The position numbers and the translations under genes were made by a program. A stretch of DNA of 64,000 nt from an uncultured virus (IMG/VR IMGVR_UViG_3300037313_000338) (taxonomy: Duplodnaviria > Heunggongvirae > Uroviricota > Caudoviricetes). This document shows positions 36,340-47,803 of this stretch, in pieces (within the stretch, counting starts at the first letter, position 1; each line of letters begins with the position of its first letter). The notes below the pieces were generated by a model, which did not search any database, was not told the origin of the DNA, and worked only from the letters and a program-made list of their open reading frames with translations. The stretch lies in the IMG/VR virus record IMGVR_UViG_3300037313_000338, one strand, 5' to 3'.

Positions 36340-38244
36340 GTGGCTAAAGCCGTAAAGACAACAGTTAGTAAGAAACCGAAGCGTTATGAGGCTTCGGATA
36401 TCGCCTGGCACCGTGGGCTAGACGGGCCGCGCAACGATCCCTCAATGTATTTGGGTAGCGCGGACGGAAAAGCCGTCGTGCACATGTCCAAAGAGATCGT
36501 TGGTAATTCGGTCGACGAAGTGCAATCCGGACACGGTACGACCGTTTGGGTTAGTATTGCCGACGACAACACCGTAACTGTCACCGATGACGGGCGCGGT
36601 GTGCCTGTCGATCCGCATCCGCTGGATAAGAAGCGCAGCACGGTCGATATCGTGTTTAGTGAACTTCACGCGGGTGGTAAGGGCAAAGGAAGCGGCAACG
36701 CGTACGACGCCTCTATCGGTACGCACGGGTTGGGTGCTGCGGTTACTAACGCCTGTTCCGAAAAGTTTTCGGTAACGGTTAAGCGCGGCGGTAAGGTGCA
36801 CCAGATTGCGTGGGCCAAGGGCAAGCTGAAGAAAGCTTTCAAGGTCACCGGTAAATGCCCCAAGACGGAGACCGGTACGACCGTTGTGTTCCGTCACGAC
36901 GGCGACGTGTTGATTACTAACACTGTCAGCGGTAAGGTGAATTGGAAGGCTCTGGTCGACTGGATCGAAGCGCTTTCGTATTTCACGCCGCGTGTGACTT
37001 ACGTATTGGATATTAAACCACTCAAGCTGAAGACGAAGATTCGTCGCAAGAATGGTTTGCAGGATTGGCTTAGCGACAATTCGCCCAAGGCTGACAAGGG
37101 CGATGAACTAGAAGTTATTACGAAGCCGATCATCGTGCAGACGAAGAGCATGGACCTTGCGCTGCAATGGTTCGGCAAGCCTGAGGACGGTTTGCGTTCG
37201 TTCGTGAGCGCGGTTGAAACGACGGATGGCGGCACGCACCACAAGGCGGTTGAGCGCGCTATTACTGACGTGCTTGATAAGTTCTGCGGCAAGCGGGGCG
37301 CACTCAAGAAAGCCTATAAGCCGGAAGACCTACGCGCCGGTCTGATCGGTTGCGTTAATATCCGCATGAAGGCTCCGAAGTTTGCTAACCAAACCAAGGA
37401 ACGGTTGGTCTCGCCGGAAGGTGAGGAAATCGTTTACAAGGATGCGGTCAAGGAACTGACGGCCTACTTCTCCAAGCATAAGAAGATCGCGGCTTCAATT
37501 ATTGAACGCGCTAATCGTCTGCGTGGGGCGCATAACGATTTCAAACTGTCGGCTGCGGCTGCGTCTAAGATCACTGGCAAGCGTGGACAATTCTCGTTAC
37601 CCGGCAAACTGCGCGTTAGTAATTGCAAGGATCGTTCCAAGGTCGAACTCTACATCGTGGAAGGCGACTCGGCGGGCGGTACGGCGAAAGCGGCTAGCGA
37701 TGTAGGCTTCCAAGAAATCCTCGCGTTGAAGGGCAAGCCGCCTAATCTCCTGAAGGGCAACCCGACGAAGGGCATGGAGAACGAAGAGGTTATTAATATT
37801 CTTCGCTCTATCGGGTACGATCCTAAGAACAAGGAAAACCCGCTAGCCAAGATGCGCGTAGGCAAGATCATCTTGCTCGCCGACTCCGACGTGGACGGAC
37901 AGCACATTACTAACCTGCTGTTGGGCCTGTTCTGGTTGCTGATGCCTAGCCTCATTCGCGAAGGCAAGTTGTCCATCGTCAGTCCCGCTCTGTTCATGGC
38001 TAAGACCGCTACTAAAACGGTCTTTGGCAAAACCATAGAAGAGGCGCGTAAGGCTTCCGGTGCGGTTAAGCCAATCATCACACGCCTGAAAGGTTGGGGT
38101 GAGTTGGACGCGGAGGATATGGAACCGTTCGTCTTCGATCCTAAGATGCGGCAGCATATTCTAGTAACACCAGAAGGCGCGGAAAAGCTTACCGCCGTCA
38201 TGGGTGACGACGTGAACGTACGCAAACGTCTACTAAACCTCTAG
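36340..38244 (+). CDS. type IIA DNA topoisomerase subunit B (GyrB/ParE-like)
   Basis: P.MYLGS, EIVGNSVDE, DDGRGVP, LHAGGK, GTHGLG, GGTH, VEGDSAGG, LKGK, DSDVDGQHI, RLKGWGE. Confidence 0.95.
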   Translation: MAKAVKTTVSKKPKRYEASDIAWHRGLDGPRNDPSMYLGSADGKAVVHMSKEIVGNSVDEVQSGHGTTVWVSIADDNTVTVTDDGRGVPVDPHPLDKKRSTVDIVFSELHAGGKGKGSGNAYDASIGTHGLGAAVTNACSEKFSVTVKRGGKVHQIAWAKGKLKKAFKVTGKCPKTETGTTVVFRHDGDVLITNTVSGKVNWKALVDWIEALSYFTPRVTYVLDIKPLKLKTKIRRKNGLQDWLSDNSPKADKGDELEVITKPIIVQTKSMDLALQWFGKPEDGLRSFVSAVETTDGGTHHKAVERAITDVLDKFCGKRGALKKAYKPEDLRAGLIGCVNIRMKAPKFANQTKERLVSPEGEEIVYKDAVKELTAYFSKHKKIAASIIERANRLRGAHNDFKLSAAAASKITGKRGQFSLPGKLRVSNCKDRSKVELYIVEGDSAGGTAKAASDVGFQEILALKGKPPNLLKGNPTKGMENEEVINILRSIGYDPKNKENPLAKMRVGKIILLADSDVDGQHITNLLLGLFWLLMPSLIREGKLSIVSPALFMAKTATKTVFGKTIEEARKASGAVKPIITRLKGWGELDAEDMEPFVFDPKMRQHILVTPEGAEKLTAVMGDDVNVRKRLLNL

Positions 38245-38299
38245 ATTTGCCTTCGCCACGAAGGTGTGCTATCATTAAAGGGCGCGGGCAAGGATTGTC

Positions 38300-39832
38300 A
38301 TGACCAAACTCAAGAAAAAGAAGAGTGCTGCTCGGAAGGCGCTGATCGCCAACGAGACTAATAAGAGCGTGAAGGCCGGGAAGTCAGCACTTCCCGGCCT
38401 GCCGACAGTTAGTATCGGTTCGCTATCCGAAAAGAACATGTTGGACTACGGGACGCATACGATTATGTCCCGCGCTATTCCCATGCTGTATGACGGAATG
38501 AAGCCGGTGCATCGTCGCGCGGTGTTCGCTATGTCGAAGCTCGGACTATTTAATACGGCGGCCCACCGCAAATCCGCGAAGGTCGCCGGGGATACCATGG
38601 GGAATTATCACCCGCATGGCGACCAAGCGATTTATAACGCGATGATCGGTATCGCCACCGGAGCGGGTACGCCTCTGGCGATTATTGACGGGAAAGGCAA
38701 TTGGGGAAACTTCGACGGGAACGGTCCGCACAAAGGCGCGGCGGCCAGTCGCTATACCGAATGCCGTCTAACCAAGTACGCGACAGACAGTTTAGTAAAT
38801 CGGAAGTACATGGATGAAAGCGTCATCCCCTACGTTCCGAATTACGACGGCACGTTGGAAGAGCCGCTGTATCTCCCGTCGCTGTTGCCGACGTTGTTCC
38901 TGCTGGGCGCTGAAGGTATCGCAACCGGCGTGACGGTTAATATGCCTGCGTACACCTACGCGAGCGTGCTGGCGGCTACTAAAACTCTGCTGAAGACCGG
39001 CAAGGGTAAGAAGGCCTCCGCAAAGCTTATCCCGGTGCAGCGCTGGGGTGGAGTGTGTCTGGCGGCCCAAGCCGAACTCGACGCCTACCACGAAACCGGC
39101 ATCGCCAAAATCGGATGGCAAGCCGACTACACCGTTGACCGTAACAAAGGCGCTACGGTTATTAAGATGACAGGCTTGCCGCCAATCACGTACGACACCC
39201 TTTACGAAGGTCTACTAAAGATCAAGGGCGTCAGCGTTATGAACCTGTCGTCTAAAAAGACCGGCATGCTGATCGAGATTGCCGTCAAGGACGAAGCTGT
39301 ACTGCCGACCGTCAAGCGTAAGCTGGTTGTCAACGAAAGCTACAAGTCAGCTACGACGCTGTTAGTAAACACTGACGACGCAGACACGCCGTTGAAAGTG
39401 GCGTTCGAAACGTGGTCACCCAACGTCATCCTCGAAAAGTGGTTGGAATGGCGTACCGAGCTAGAGAAGCGGCTTATTAAAGCGACGTTGCGCGATAACG
39501 AAGAAGAGATTCGTCGCCTGAACCTCATGGTCCTAGCTGCGAACAAGCTCGATCTGATCGTGGAAGTGTTGAAGGCTAAGGGCGGTGACAAGATCGCCAT
39601 GCTCCAAGCGAAGCTCAAGGTTACTAACGACGAAGCCAAAGAGATTTGGCAGATGGCCGTTCGGCAACTGGACAAGCTCAACGCTGACGAGACGAAAGCG
39701 AAGATTAGTAAGCTAGAGGCAGAAAACAAAACGCTGAAGGCTGAATACAAAACCCCGCAGGATCGCATCCTGCGTCAGGTGAACGAACTTCCTGTCGAAG
39801 ACTCTAACGCCAAAAAGCGAAAGGCTGATTAA
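38300..39832 (+). CDS. type IIA DNA topoisomerase subunit A (GyrA/ParC-like, lacking beta-pinwheel CTD)
   Basis: RAIP..DGMKPVHRR, KSAKV.GD.MG.YHPHGD, GNWG, AASRYTE catalytic Tyr, PNYDG, GIATG. Confidence 0.95.
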   Translation: MTKLKKKKSAARKALIANETNKSVKAGKSALPGLPTVSIGSLSEKNMLDYGTHTIMSRAIPMLYDGMKPVHRRAVFAMSKLGLFNTAAHRKSAKVAGDTMGNYHPHGDQAIYNAMIGIATGAGTPLAIIDGKGNWGNFDGNGPHKGAAASRYTECRLTKYATDSLVNRKYMDESVIPYVPNYDGTLEEPLYLPSLLPTLFLLGAEGIATGVTVNMPAYTYASVLAATKTLLKTGKGKKASAKLIPVQRWGGVCLAAQAELDAYHETGIAKIGWQADYTVDRNKGATVIKMTGLPPITYDTLYEGLLKIKGVSVMNLSSKKTGMLIEIAVKDEAVLPTVKRKLVVNESYKSATTLLVNTDDADTPLKVAFETWSPNVILEKWLEWRTELEKRLIKATLRDNEEEIRRLNLMVLAANKLDLIVEVLKAKGGDKIAMLQAKLKVTNDEAKEIWQMAVRQLDKLNADETKAKISKLEAENKTLKAEYKTPQDRILRQVNELPVEDSNAKKRKAD

Positions 39833-40208
39833 TAATCATGAGTAAAAGGTGGAACGACGACGTGCCGACGCGGGGTGTGGTACAGCGCGAGTCAGAAGGT
39901 TTGATCAAAGATACTATCCATTCGCTGCAAGAGACTATTGGTTTGTTGGGCCAAGTACAGTCTTTGGCTGACTCCATTATGGATGAAAAATTCGGAGGTA
40001 CTCAGACCGTTATTGAAGCGGAAGCTGATGACGGTCCTCGCACTACTAGCGGTGTGAAGGAAACACCGCTTAGCGAGCGACCTTTAGCAGTCCAAGTGTC
40101 TTGGCTGCGCGAAGAGGCGCAACAGCGGGCTACTAGGCTGAATTACACACTCTCCGAACTACAACAGCGACTCTAACTTCAATTACCCTCAACAGGAAGG
40201 TTATTAAC

Positions 40209-40442
40209 ATGAGTGAAACGCTTCAAACTACGAAAGCCCCTAGCAAGCGCGGGTTTGCTGGTATGAATCCCGAACGGCTTAGAGAGATTGCCCGCAAGGG
40301 TGGCGCTAGCGTGCCTAGCGCCAAACGCAGTTTCGCAAAAGATCGCGATCTAGCAGCGCAAGCTGGACGCAAAGGCGGCGAAGCCTCGCGCGGCGGCGGG
40401 CGTTCTCCGAAAGTTACTACTCCCAGCACTGAGACGCTCTAA
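40209..40442 (+). CDS. KGG-repeat general stress protein
   Basis: RGFAGM.PER.REIARKGG.....KRSFAKDRDLAAQAGRKGG. Confidence 0.85.
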   Translation: MSETLQTTKAPSKRGFAGMNPERLREIARKGGASVPSAKRSFAKDRDLAAQAGRKGGEASRGGGRSPKVTTPSTETL

Positions 40443-40928
40443 ACGCGAGAGTTCATGATGGGAGACGAAAATAACAAAGTCGTCTCCCTGACTGAGCATC
40501 GGGAACGACTAAGGCGACAGACAGAAGAACAATTATTACAGAAAACCATGTTGGATATGTCGTCGGCAGAGGGGTTCTCATTCGACGATCCAATGGTCTA
40601 CATGTTAGGGATAGGCGTGTTCGGTTCGAACAACCCAACTGCCCCTATCGATGTAATTGTGACTGCCACGGACTCAGATAATAAATACAATCTAGCTAAG
40701 CTCTTCGATTTCTCGCCAGACGAATCTAGATTGTTAGCCTTAGCTGAGGGTCTAGAAAAACTGGCTGCGGTAGTGCGACAGGTTTACGGCGAAATGCCAG
40801 TGCCTCCGCATGGACCTAACCGCTAAACAGAGACTTGACGCCTCGGTGCACCCTCTGGTAGACTGAGGGTGCGGGGTGATTCGCCCCTTGCAAAACGGCC
40901 CTAGCGGCCCCTTGATGGATCACATAAG

Positions 40929-42008
40929 ATGACGCGCGCACTCGACCGCCTCAACGCTGTTGACGAGGATATCGGCCCTGAAAAGGCCAAGCCGCAAGAA
41001 CCCAAGTACGTAAAGCCTACGGAACCGGTTATTAAAGAGCCTGCGAAAACGGCTCCCCGCCTTCTGACGCAAGCTTTGGAAAAAGCGAGGCTCGCGAAAG
41101 AGGCTCGCGAAAAGCATCAAGCCGAAGAACGGGATCGATTGGAGGAAGCGCTGTCCGGTTCGGAACCGGACCGTGTGGAACTGATGGAACAGGCGGAAGC
41201 AGTTATTAACGCCGCCGTTCAAAGCACCGAAGCGCGCGAAGCAGCGCGAGAAATTCGCGACTTGCTGGCGGCTAAGCAAGAACTCATCCGCAATGTGCAA
41301 CAAGCCATGGGGATGACGACTAATAACCTACGGGAATTGGGAGACGACGTTATTGATCGTCTTTCCAAGCTCGTCGGAGCTAACGGCCTTCTCTCCGAAT
41401 TGGTTCGCGACCTTTGCGCCGCCGCTGGAACGGTGCGCGTCGATGAGCCGTTACTAATCAAGCGCGAAGGCGGCAAGCTCCGGATCATTCGACAATTCGT
41501 TGACGTTGGCGACGAAGAGCCGGATCAGGACCCTATCGTCGATCTTAAGTGGTTGGTCCCTGCGGCGTTGAAGCTAAAGGCGCGCTACTCGCGCCTACTA
41601 ACCGAGCATTCCGAGGCGGCCAAGCGTTCCGGCGCTTTGCATCACCAACTGGAACTAGCGCAAGCGCGAGCCGCTGAACTGGAACGCGAGAACGCTTCGC
41701 TGCGGCTCAATAACACGACGCTTAGCATGACGGCTAAGGCGGTCATGCCTACCGCTCCCGGTTCGCCTGAGGGCTTCTACCTCAAGAGCGATAATAACCG
41801 CTGGATCGGACGAAAGGACGGCAAGGGCTTCTGCTTTACTAACCGCTGGTTCACCACCAACAATCCTGCCCTCGCGCACGCCTTCGAGTTCAAAGCCGAC
41901 GCGGAAGAACTTCTGCAACGGCTGCAAATGGCGCGCGTCCACCGCATCGGCCTTCGGCATAGGGAAACCCTGCGTGTGATCTCGGTTCGTTACGAGGATC
42001 ACACCTAA
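40929..42008 (+). CDS. hypothetical coiled-coil protein
   Basis: 359-aa ORF after a TTGACG..TAGACT promoter at 40835-40864. Confidence 0.7.
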   Translation: MTRALDRLNAVDEDIGPEKAKPQEPKYVKPTEPVIKEPAKTAPRLLTQALEKARLAKEAREKHQAEERDRLEEALSGSEPDRVELMEQAEAVINAAVQSTEAREAAREIRDLLAAKQELIRNVQQAMGMTTNNLRELGDDVIDRLSKLVGANGLLSELVRDLCAAAGTVRVDEPLLIKREGGKLRIIRQFVDVGDEEPDQDPIVDLKWLVPAALKLKARYSRLLTEHSEAAKRSGALHHQLELAQARAAELERENASLRLNNTTLSMTAKAVMPTAPGSPEGFYLKSDNNRWIGRKDGKGFCFTNRWFTTNNPALAHAFEFKADAEELLQRLQMARVHRIGLRHRETLRVISVRYEDHT

Positions 42009-42066
42009 CGGGGAGCCTAAGGCTCCCCTACCGTTTCTCTAACGCAACACATTCAAGGTTATTAAC

Positions 42067-42690
42067 ATGTCTCAAGGCCGAGATTTTCAAGACCGCGAAC
42101 CGCGCCCTTATCAGGCTCCCGAAATCGACGCCCACGAAGGGCTCACCTACGGCAAGTGGGGCGGGCTGGCGGTTATCTACGGGGTCAACGTCCCCTTCCT
42201 GTCCAAGCTGGCGCGCGGCATCGTTGACGAACACGGTTGCTTCCTGTGGTCGTCGCCTACGCTAGTGCTAACGCTGGCGGAAGCTAGCGACGCCTTCCAC
42301 AACAAGGACGAAGCACGTAACGACGAACTGCTGCGCGCGGCGGTTAGTTACTGCAACGAGTTCTTGCCGCCGGAACGCGCACTAGCTCTGGATACGCGGT
42401 TGCGTCTGACGTGGGCTCGCTATGGCGTCGTCACCGTGACGTGCGAATTCAACCGTCAAAAGGGTTATTACATGGACGTGGTGAAACACGGTCCGGATAC
42501 GGAGATTATCATTGCTCCGCGTGACCCTAGCGACGCGCCGATTCGTTCACGCGTCGATGACGACCGAGCGGTGTTCTTTGCTACGGGCGAAGAGAAGCCG
42601 CAACGGCAACAGCGCGAGCCGCGTCAAGCGCGTAGCAATCGAGGCGGCTACGGTGGACGTAATAACTCTCGTGGTGGTTTCGTCGGCTAG
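42067..42690 (+). CDS. hypothetical protein with RG-rich tail
   Basis: 207-aa ORF; terminator at 42716-42748. Confidence 0.7.
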   Translation: MSQGRDFQDREPRPYQAPEIDAHEGLTYGKWGGLAVIYGVNVPFLSKLARGIVDEHGCFLWSSPTLVLTLAEASDAFHNKDEARNDELLRAAVSYCNEFLPPERALALDTRLRLTWARYGVVTVTCEFNRQKGYYMDVVKHGPDTEIIIAPRDPSDAPIRSRVDDDRAVFFATGEEKPQRQQREPRQARSNRGGYGGRNNSRGGFVG

Positions 42691-42891
42691 CAAATAACTA
42701 AAACAAAAACTATTAAAGGGCGGTTGTCGAAAGGCAACCGCCCTTTTTCTTGTCCGGTTGGCTGGTCAGATTGTCGCGAATTGTCAAGGTCGCCGTTTGA
42801 CTGGCTGGTTGGATTTATGTTATAATTTGATCGCATCATCCCAGGCCCAACGCGGCCTTAGTCAGTAAACCATATTTGGGGAGTTTTAGAA

Positions 42892-44049
42892 GTGGTAGCG
42901 GTTAAAACACACAAGCGCAGGCCCGTTGCTCCTACGAAGAATACGCAATCTGTTAATCTCAATACGCTAACTGGTTTGCGACCAGAGTCTACGGTCGAGG
43001 CGTATCACGTTCTGTTTATGAATGTGGAACTCCTAATGGGAACCATGGTGGACCATGGGGCCGAAGACGAAGTTATTACGATGATCAACAGCGCGCGAGT
43101 GGCGCAACGCTGTCGTGAAGTCCCGAAGCTGCATATGTTCCTAAACGAAATTATTACATCGGCTAAGCGCTGGGAGGATGAGACCAATCGCATCGCCCGC
43201 AAAGCCGAAGAGGAACGCTATTCACCGGAAGCTACCGTTACGCGTCTGCGTAAGGGCGCTAATCCGCGCCGCCTGACGCCTCCGGAGACCGGAGCGGCTG
43301 TGAACCTAACGATTACCGCGAGGCTGTCGCATGGCCTTATGCAATCGTCAGCGGAACTGCTACGTGCCGAACAGGTGTACGGCCCATTCTGGACGATTCG
43401 TTCTCGCTGCTTCGTGGTTCCGCGTGGAGTTAATGCGCACGCTGCGTTCTTGGCGTACAAGGCTAATAATCCGCAATTCGCAAAGAAGGATTATCGCCTG
43501 CTGAATGAATATCGCCTGTTGCAGAACACATATCGCAACGTCGAAATCTATATGCTCATGACGTTGCCCCGACTCTTCGCTCTGCGGGATACTAAAATCC
43601 TTGAGCTTGGAATGTCCACGCGCGAGCAAATGCAATTGGCGGATATGGAAGCACGCCTTCCGATTATTGAGCGCGCGGAACTCATTGTTAGCCGCCTGCC
43701 TAAAATCGTTCCGGCAGACTCCAAGCGCTACATGGTTCAACGGTTAGTAGAATACATGTTGCTGGATGAGAAGCGCACTAAGCTGCGCAACGCTCGATGG
43801 GCGCGTGACGGAGAACCGCCGCGTTACACAGCGGCTAATTCTCTGCTATCCGCTCAACGGTTCGCGATATCGTCGCGATTGGCAGACCGCATCGGCGTAA
43901 TTCCGCAAGAGATTCACAAGGCCATTACTAACCGTGCATTTTCCAGCTATATCGGAGCCTTCCTGCGTGCAGGCGGGCGTGCTGCTTGGGAAGAGGCTTG
44001 CGCTTTGGTGCGTGAGTGGCACAAGTTGAAGAAGATGGCTGAAGTTTAA
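42892..44049 (+). CDS. hypothetical protein
   Basis: 385-aa ORF, GTG start with GGGAG RBS. Confidence 0.7.
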   Translation: MVAVKTHKRRPVAPTKNTQSVNLNTLTGLRPESTVEAYHVLFMNVELLMGTMVDHGAEDEVITMINSARVAQRCREVPKLHMFLNEIITSAKRWEDETNRIARKAEEERYSPEATVTRLRKGANPRRLTPPETGAAVNLTITARLSHGLMQSSAELLRAEQVYGPFWTIRSRCFVVPRGVNAHAAFLAYKANNPQFAKKDYRLLNEYRLLQNTYRNVEIYMLMTLPRLFALRDTKILELGMSTREQMQLADMEARLPIIERAELIVSRLPKIVPADSKRYMVQRLVEYMLLDEKRTKLRNARWARDGEPPRYTAANSLLSAQRFAISSRLADRIGVIPQEIHKAITNRAFSSYIGAFLRAGGRAAWEEACALVREWHKLKKMAEV

Positions 44050-44051
44050 TA

Positions 44052-44447
44052 ATGCTTAAATGTGAAGCCTGCCCGAATGTTACCGTGGCGATTGAGGGGC
44101 ATCACGTTGTCCCTCTTTCCTACGGCGGGAAGGACAACGGACTGAAGGTTCCTATTTGCGGTAACTGTCATACGACGATCCATAATTGCATCGAGAACCC
44201 AGAATTAATACCACCAAGACACTTGCAAAAATACGTGGACGTTGGACGTCTCGCGAAAGCAAGATTTCAAGCGGGTGAATTGGAAGCTAGAGATCGTAGG
44301 GCTACTACCATAGTGGATACTAACGATCCGCAGGTGCTTGCCGATCTAGAACATGTCAGAAGATTATTTAACACTAAGAGCCGCTCGGCAACGCTCCTGG
44401 CCGCTCTTCGTTTTGCCGCAACGCATGCAGGCAGAGTGAAACAGTAA
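44052..44447 (+). CDS. HNH-motif protein
   Basis: CEAC...EGHHVVPLSYGG.D....PICGNCH..IH. Confidence 0.8.
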   Translation: MLKCEACPNVTVAIEGHHVVPLSYGGKDNGLKVPICGNCHTTIHNCIENPELIPPRHLQKYVDVGRLAKARFQAGELEARDRRATTIVDTNDPQVLADLEHVRRLFNTKSRSATLLAALRFAATHAGRVKQ

Positions 44448-45220
44448 TGGCCGATCTTATTACCTCTCCGCCGAAACCCAATCCGCAAGCGTCCCGACTT
44501 AATATCTCTTGTGGGGATTGCGTTTTCTATTCCACCTTAAACCTTCCTAACGCGTCTACGCCGTGCGCTGGTTTAGGGTGTCCGCGTAATCGCGCGCCAT
44601 GCCTCAAATTCTCCCCCAACGTGTTCTCAGGGCCAATGGCGCAGGCTGTAGGCTCAAAGGCCCTCAGGCAGGCGCTAAACGCCGTCCCTGACGCCTCTGC
44701 GGGCGCTCTAGCTATGGCCTTAGCTCAAGTGCCACGGTTGCGGGCCGTTGGCTTTTCCTTGGGACAGCGTGTATACTTCAACGCGGTAGGCCAATCCGCT
44801 AACCGTGATTACGTGGCGAATTATTACGCAGGCCGCGTTATGATGGTGGATCATGAAGGGAACTTGCTCATCAGAGGTGACAAGGTTTCTGCTACGATCA
44901 GCATCGGGTCTGTACTAACTGCGGAACAATGGAACGCAAAACGTAAAGCGCTTGTCGCTAAGCGTGCGGTGTTCGATCCAAAGACTCCCTATACGTGGGA
45001 GCGCAAAGACGAGAAGGTGCTTATTAACCCTAAGTACCGTCCCCCATGGTTGGATAAAGAGGTTGCCACCTACCGTGCTAACTATCTGGAAGCCAAGTCC
45101 ACGCGCCAAACTCACGACTACGACGCGCCTCCGGTTAAACGTGGGCGTGGCCGCCCACGTAAGGACGGAAGTCCTGCACAAAAGCGTGTCAAAGCTGCTG
45201 ACGTAAGCGCAACGGCCTAG
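44447..45220 (+). CDS. Cys-rich protein with C-terminal AT-hook
   Basis: CGDC...C...C...C N-terminus; KRGRGRPRK AT-hook. Confidence 0.7.
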   Translation: MADLITSPPKPNPQASRLNISCGDCVFYSTLNLPNASTPCAGLGCPRNRAPCLKFSPNVFSGPMAQAVGSKALRQALNAVPDASAGALAMALAQVPRLRAVGFSLGQRVYFNAVGQSANRDYVANYYAGRVMMVDHEGNLLIRGDKVSATISIGSVLTAEQWNAKRKALVAKRAVFDPKTPYTWERKDEKVLINPKYRPPWLDKEVATYRANYLEAKSTRQTHDYDAPPVKRGRGRPRKDGSPAQKRVKAADVSATA

Positions 45221-45269
45221 CTACCTAATTTTCGACTACAGGTTCAACCTCTAAAGAAGGCTACTAATC

Positions 45270-46028
45270 ATGGACACTATTACCGGTGATGGTTCGGGGG
45301 AATCGTTGTCTCCTATGGACGCCGTTTTCGCCCAAGAGTCCGGCGACTCCGCCGCTCCGCTGGTGAATTACGAAACCGATGCGACGCGCACGATTACTAA
45401 ATACGAAGTCGTTATCGAACAAAACGTTCTCGTGGTGAAGACCCGCCAGACGGAATATACTATGCGGGTGGTTTGGCCGCCTTCCTTGCTTGAACTGGCG
45501 ATGTTCTACGACGTGCGCGAGTTCATCGCTAAGAAGCCGCCGCTTGAGATCGTTACGGTCTACACCGATACGCTGCGCGTTGTCGATGGTGAGGGTTCGG
45601 AACCTGCTATTGAGCATCCGCTCTGGAGCGTTATTAGCGAGCTTAAGTACAAGGCGAAGGAAAAGCGGATTGGCCGCGCTGAGAAGATTATTAATCTGAT
45701 CGCGGAAGTCGGTACGCTCAACGGGCAAATCCTGTCGGCGCAGATGCATCTGCGTTCTATGCAAAGCGCATCGCCGACGCCGCACGTGGAAACCGGCGTC
45801 ATGACGCTTGGCTCTGTGCAGGAACAGGCGGCGCAGTCGCAAGTTATTAGCGATCTGGAAGCTACCCGCGCTAAGAAGCTCGCAGCCATCGACTCCCACG
45901 TTGCGGCTATTAACGAAAAGCTGGCAGCGGAAGACACCAACTGGAACATTTCACTTCCGGAAGTGATTCTCGAAATCACGGCGCTTAACCCGCCGTATCG
46001 GGACACGAACGAGACCGAAGAAGACTAG
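45270..46028 (+). CDS. hypothetical protein
   Basis: 252-aa ORF preceded by CTAATTT and AAGG. Confidence 0.7.
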   Translation: MDTITGDGSGESLSPMDAVFAQESGDSAAPLVNYETDATRTITKYEVVIEQNVLVVKTRQTEYTMRVVWPPSLLELAMFYDVREFIAKKPPLEIVTVYTDTLRVVDGEGSEPAIEHPLWSVISELKYKAKEKRIGRAEKIINLIAEVGTLNGQILSAQMHLRSMQSASPTPHVETGVMTLGSVQEQAAQSQVISDLEATRAKKLAAIDSHVAAINEKLAAEDTNWNISLPEVILEITALNPPYRDTNETEED

Positions 46029-46693
46029 ACTTACTAATCTAACGTCTGCCGATGAACCCCGGAGTTTACCGCTCCGGGGTTTTATTTGTGCTTGGGATTT
46101 TAATAATGCTTCAAGAACTAGCTCGACCTGATACTCGACGTGCTTACGCCGCGCTGATGACTGTGCGTGGCGAGACGTTAGCGTTTGATTGCAAACCGGA
46201 ACGTACGTGGTTCGCCGAGTATTACGTCGTCACGTGTGTGCAGCGCCCCGATCTTAGGTTAATACTTCGCACAGCACACAACTTTGAAGCTAAAGCCCTC
46301 GAAGCCTTGGTAAAGTGACATGATGGATTCAGTTAGCTTAACAGCGACACCGGTCGAGCTTACAAAAGCGGAAAAGGCTTACGCAGAAGTAGATGCTTTA
46401 CTAAATAAGTCACATACTGCTGATGTAGCCGTACTTTTGAAGACAGGTTATTATTCGGATCAACACTCATTACATTCCGTTCAGGCGCTTATTCTGAAGC
46501 GCGTTGTATTCAAGTTCTATCACCACCCATATGCTAAAGAAGAATGGGTGGTTGAAGCCGCAATGAACGATAGCGTGGTGGGCTTCAAGCTGTTCTCCAT
46601 GCTTGAGCCCGCAGAGTCTTTGGTTTTTGCGTATCGCATTAATAACTATGCAAACGCCAAATGGATCATCGACGTTTCGAAAGTGAAGCTTGC

Positions 46694-47320
46694 ATGATTA
46701 TGTCATTCACATACGAAGACTCTTACACGGCAGCCAATATTCGCTTCCTAGAAACGGCGTACGGTGAGCCTACACGTTATTATCACAACATGAAACATAT
46801 CCGTGAGTGCGTAGGGCATTTGCGGAACCTGTTGCTGGTTAGTGACGACTGCATGTCTATATCTCGTGAAGCGCTTATTTGGCACGACGTCTTTTACGAT
46901 CCGCACAAGAGCGGTGGTTACAACGAAGTGAAATCGGCACAGTTATTCGCCCTACATCGCGGTAGAGCGTGGGCTTTCGATGACGCTAAGGAAGTTTGCC
47001 GATTGATCGAGCTAACGGCGTCCCACGTTGTGGAGCCTGATGACGTGCGCGGGCAAATCGTTGTATCCATGGACTTATTAATTCTGGGATCGCCGCCTAC
47101 GCGATATCGAGAATACGTCAACGGCATACGCGACGAGTACGTCAAAAACGGCGTGTGCTCTGAAGCGGATTTCGTCATGGGCAGAAAGAAGTTCCTAGCG
47201 AGTTTACTAAATCGTGAAGTGATCTTACCTTGGAAACCTGCGCGCATCTGCTATGAGACACAAGCCCGCGCTAACGTTAGCCATGAATTCGATTCTCTCG
47301 GAGGCAATAACCCATTATGA
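46694..47320 (+). CDS. HD-superfamily metal-dependent phosphohydrolase
   Basis: RYYHN..HI, WHDVFYDP, NE..SA, DL.ILG, Y..Y...IR.EY. Confidence 0.8.
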   Translation: MIMSFTYEDSYTAANIRFLETAYGEPTRYYHNMKHIRECVGHLRNLLLVSDDCMSISREALIWHDVFYDPHKSGGYNEVKSAQLFALHRGRAWAFDDAKEVCRLIELTASHVVEPDDVRGQIVVSMDLLILGSPPTRYREYVNGIRDEYVKNGVCSEADFVMGRKKFLASLLNREVILPWKPARICYETQARANVSHEFDSLGGNNPL

Positions 47321-47803
47321 CCGTAGCGCTATACCTTGAGAAGCCTATCGATCCGATGGAGACCTATCGGTTGGCGGAAGTCACAGACTTGTTCTATCGC
47401 AAGTTATTGAATTTGGGTTATGCCAATCGACATGCTGAATCTATCCTACCCGACAAACACACGGCGATTGAACTAGCTGCGGTTAAGATTATTAAGCGTA
47501 TGCCTGACAGCAAGGCGTCAAGCATATTCGATCCCAATCATCCGGCTAACTACGTGAATAACGGTAATTTGGCAGTGTTGAAGCCGGTCACTATGTCGCT
47601 GCAACGTGCGGTCTGCCTAGGTGCGGACGGTCGCATCTATTCGGCCTACCGAGGCCGAAAGTACGAAGATCGCAAGTTTGAACCTACCGCCCTGCACCTT
47701 ACTACTAACTTCATGTTGGTTACCGCAAAGCTAGGTGGACGAAAGCTCAAGCGGCTGGCTATTCTGCGTCCATCGCAGGAATACATACATTAAGGATTAG
47801 TAA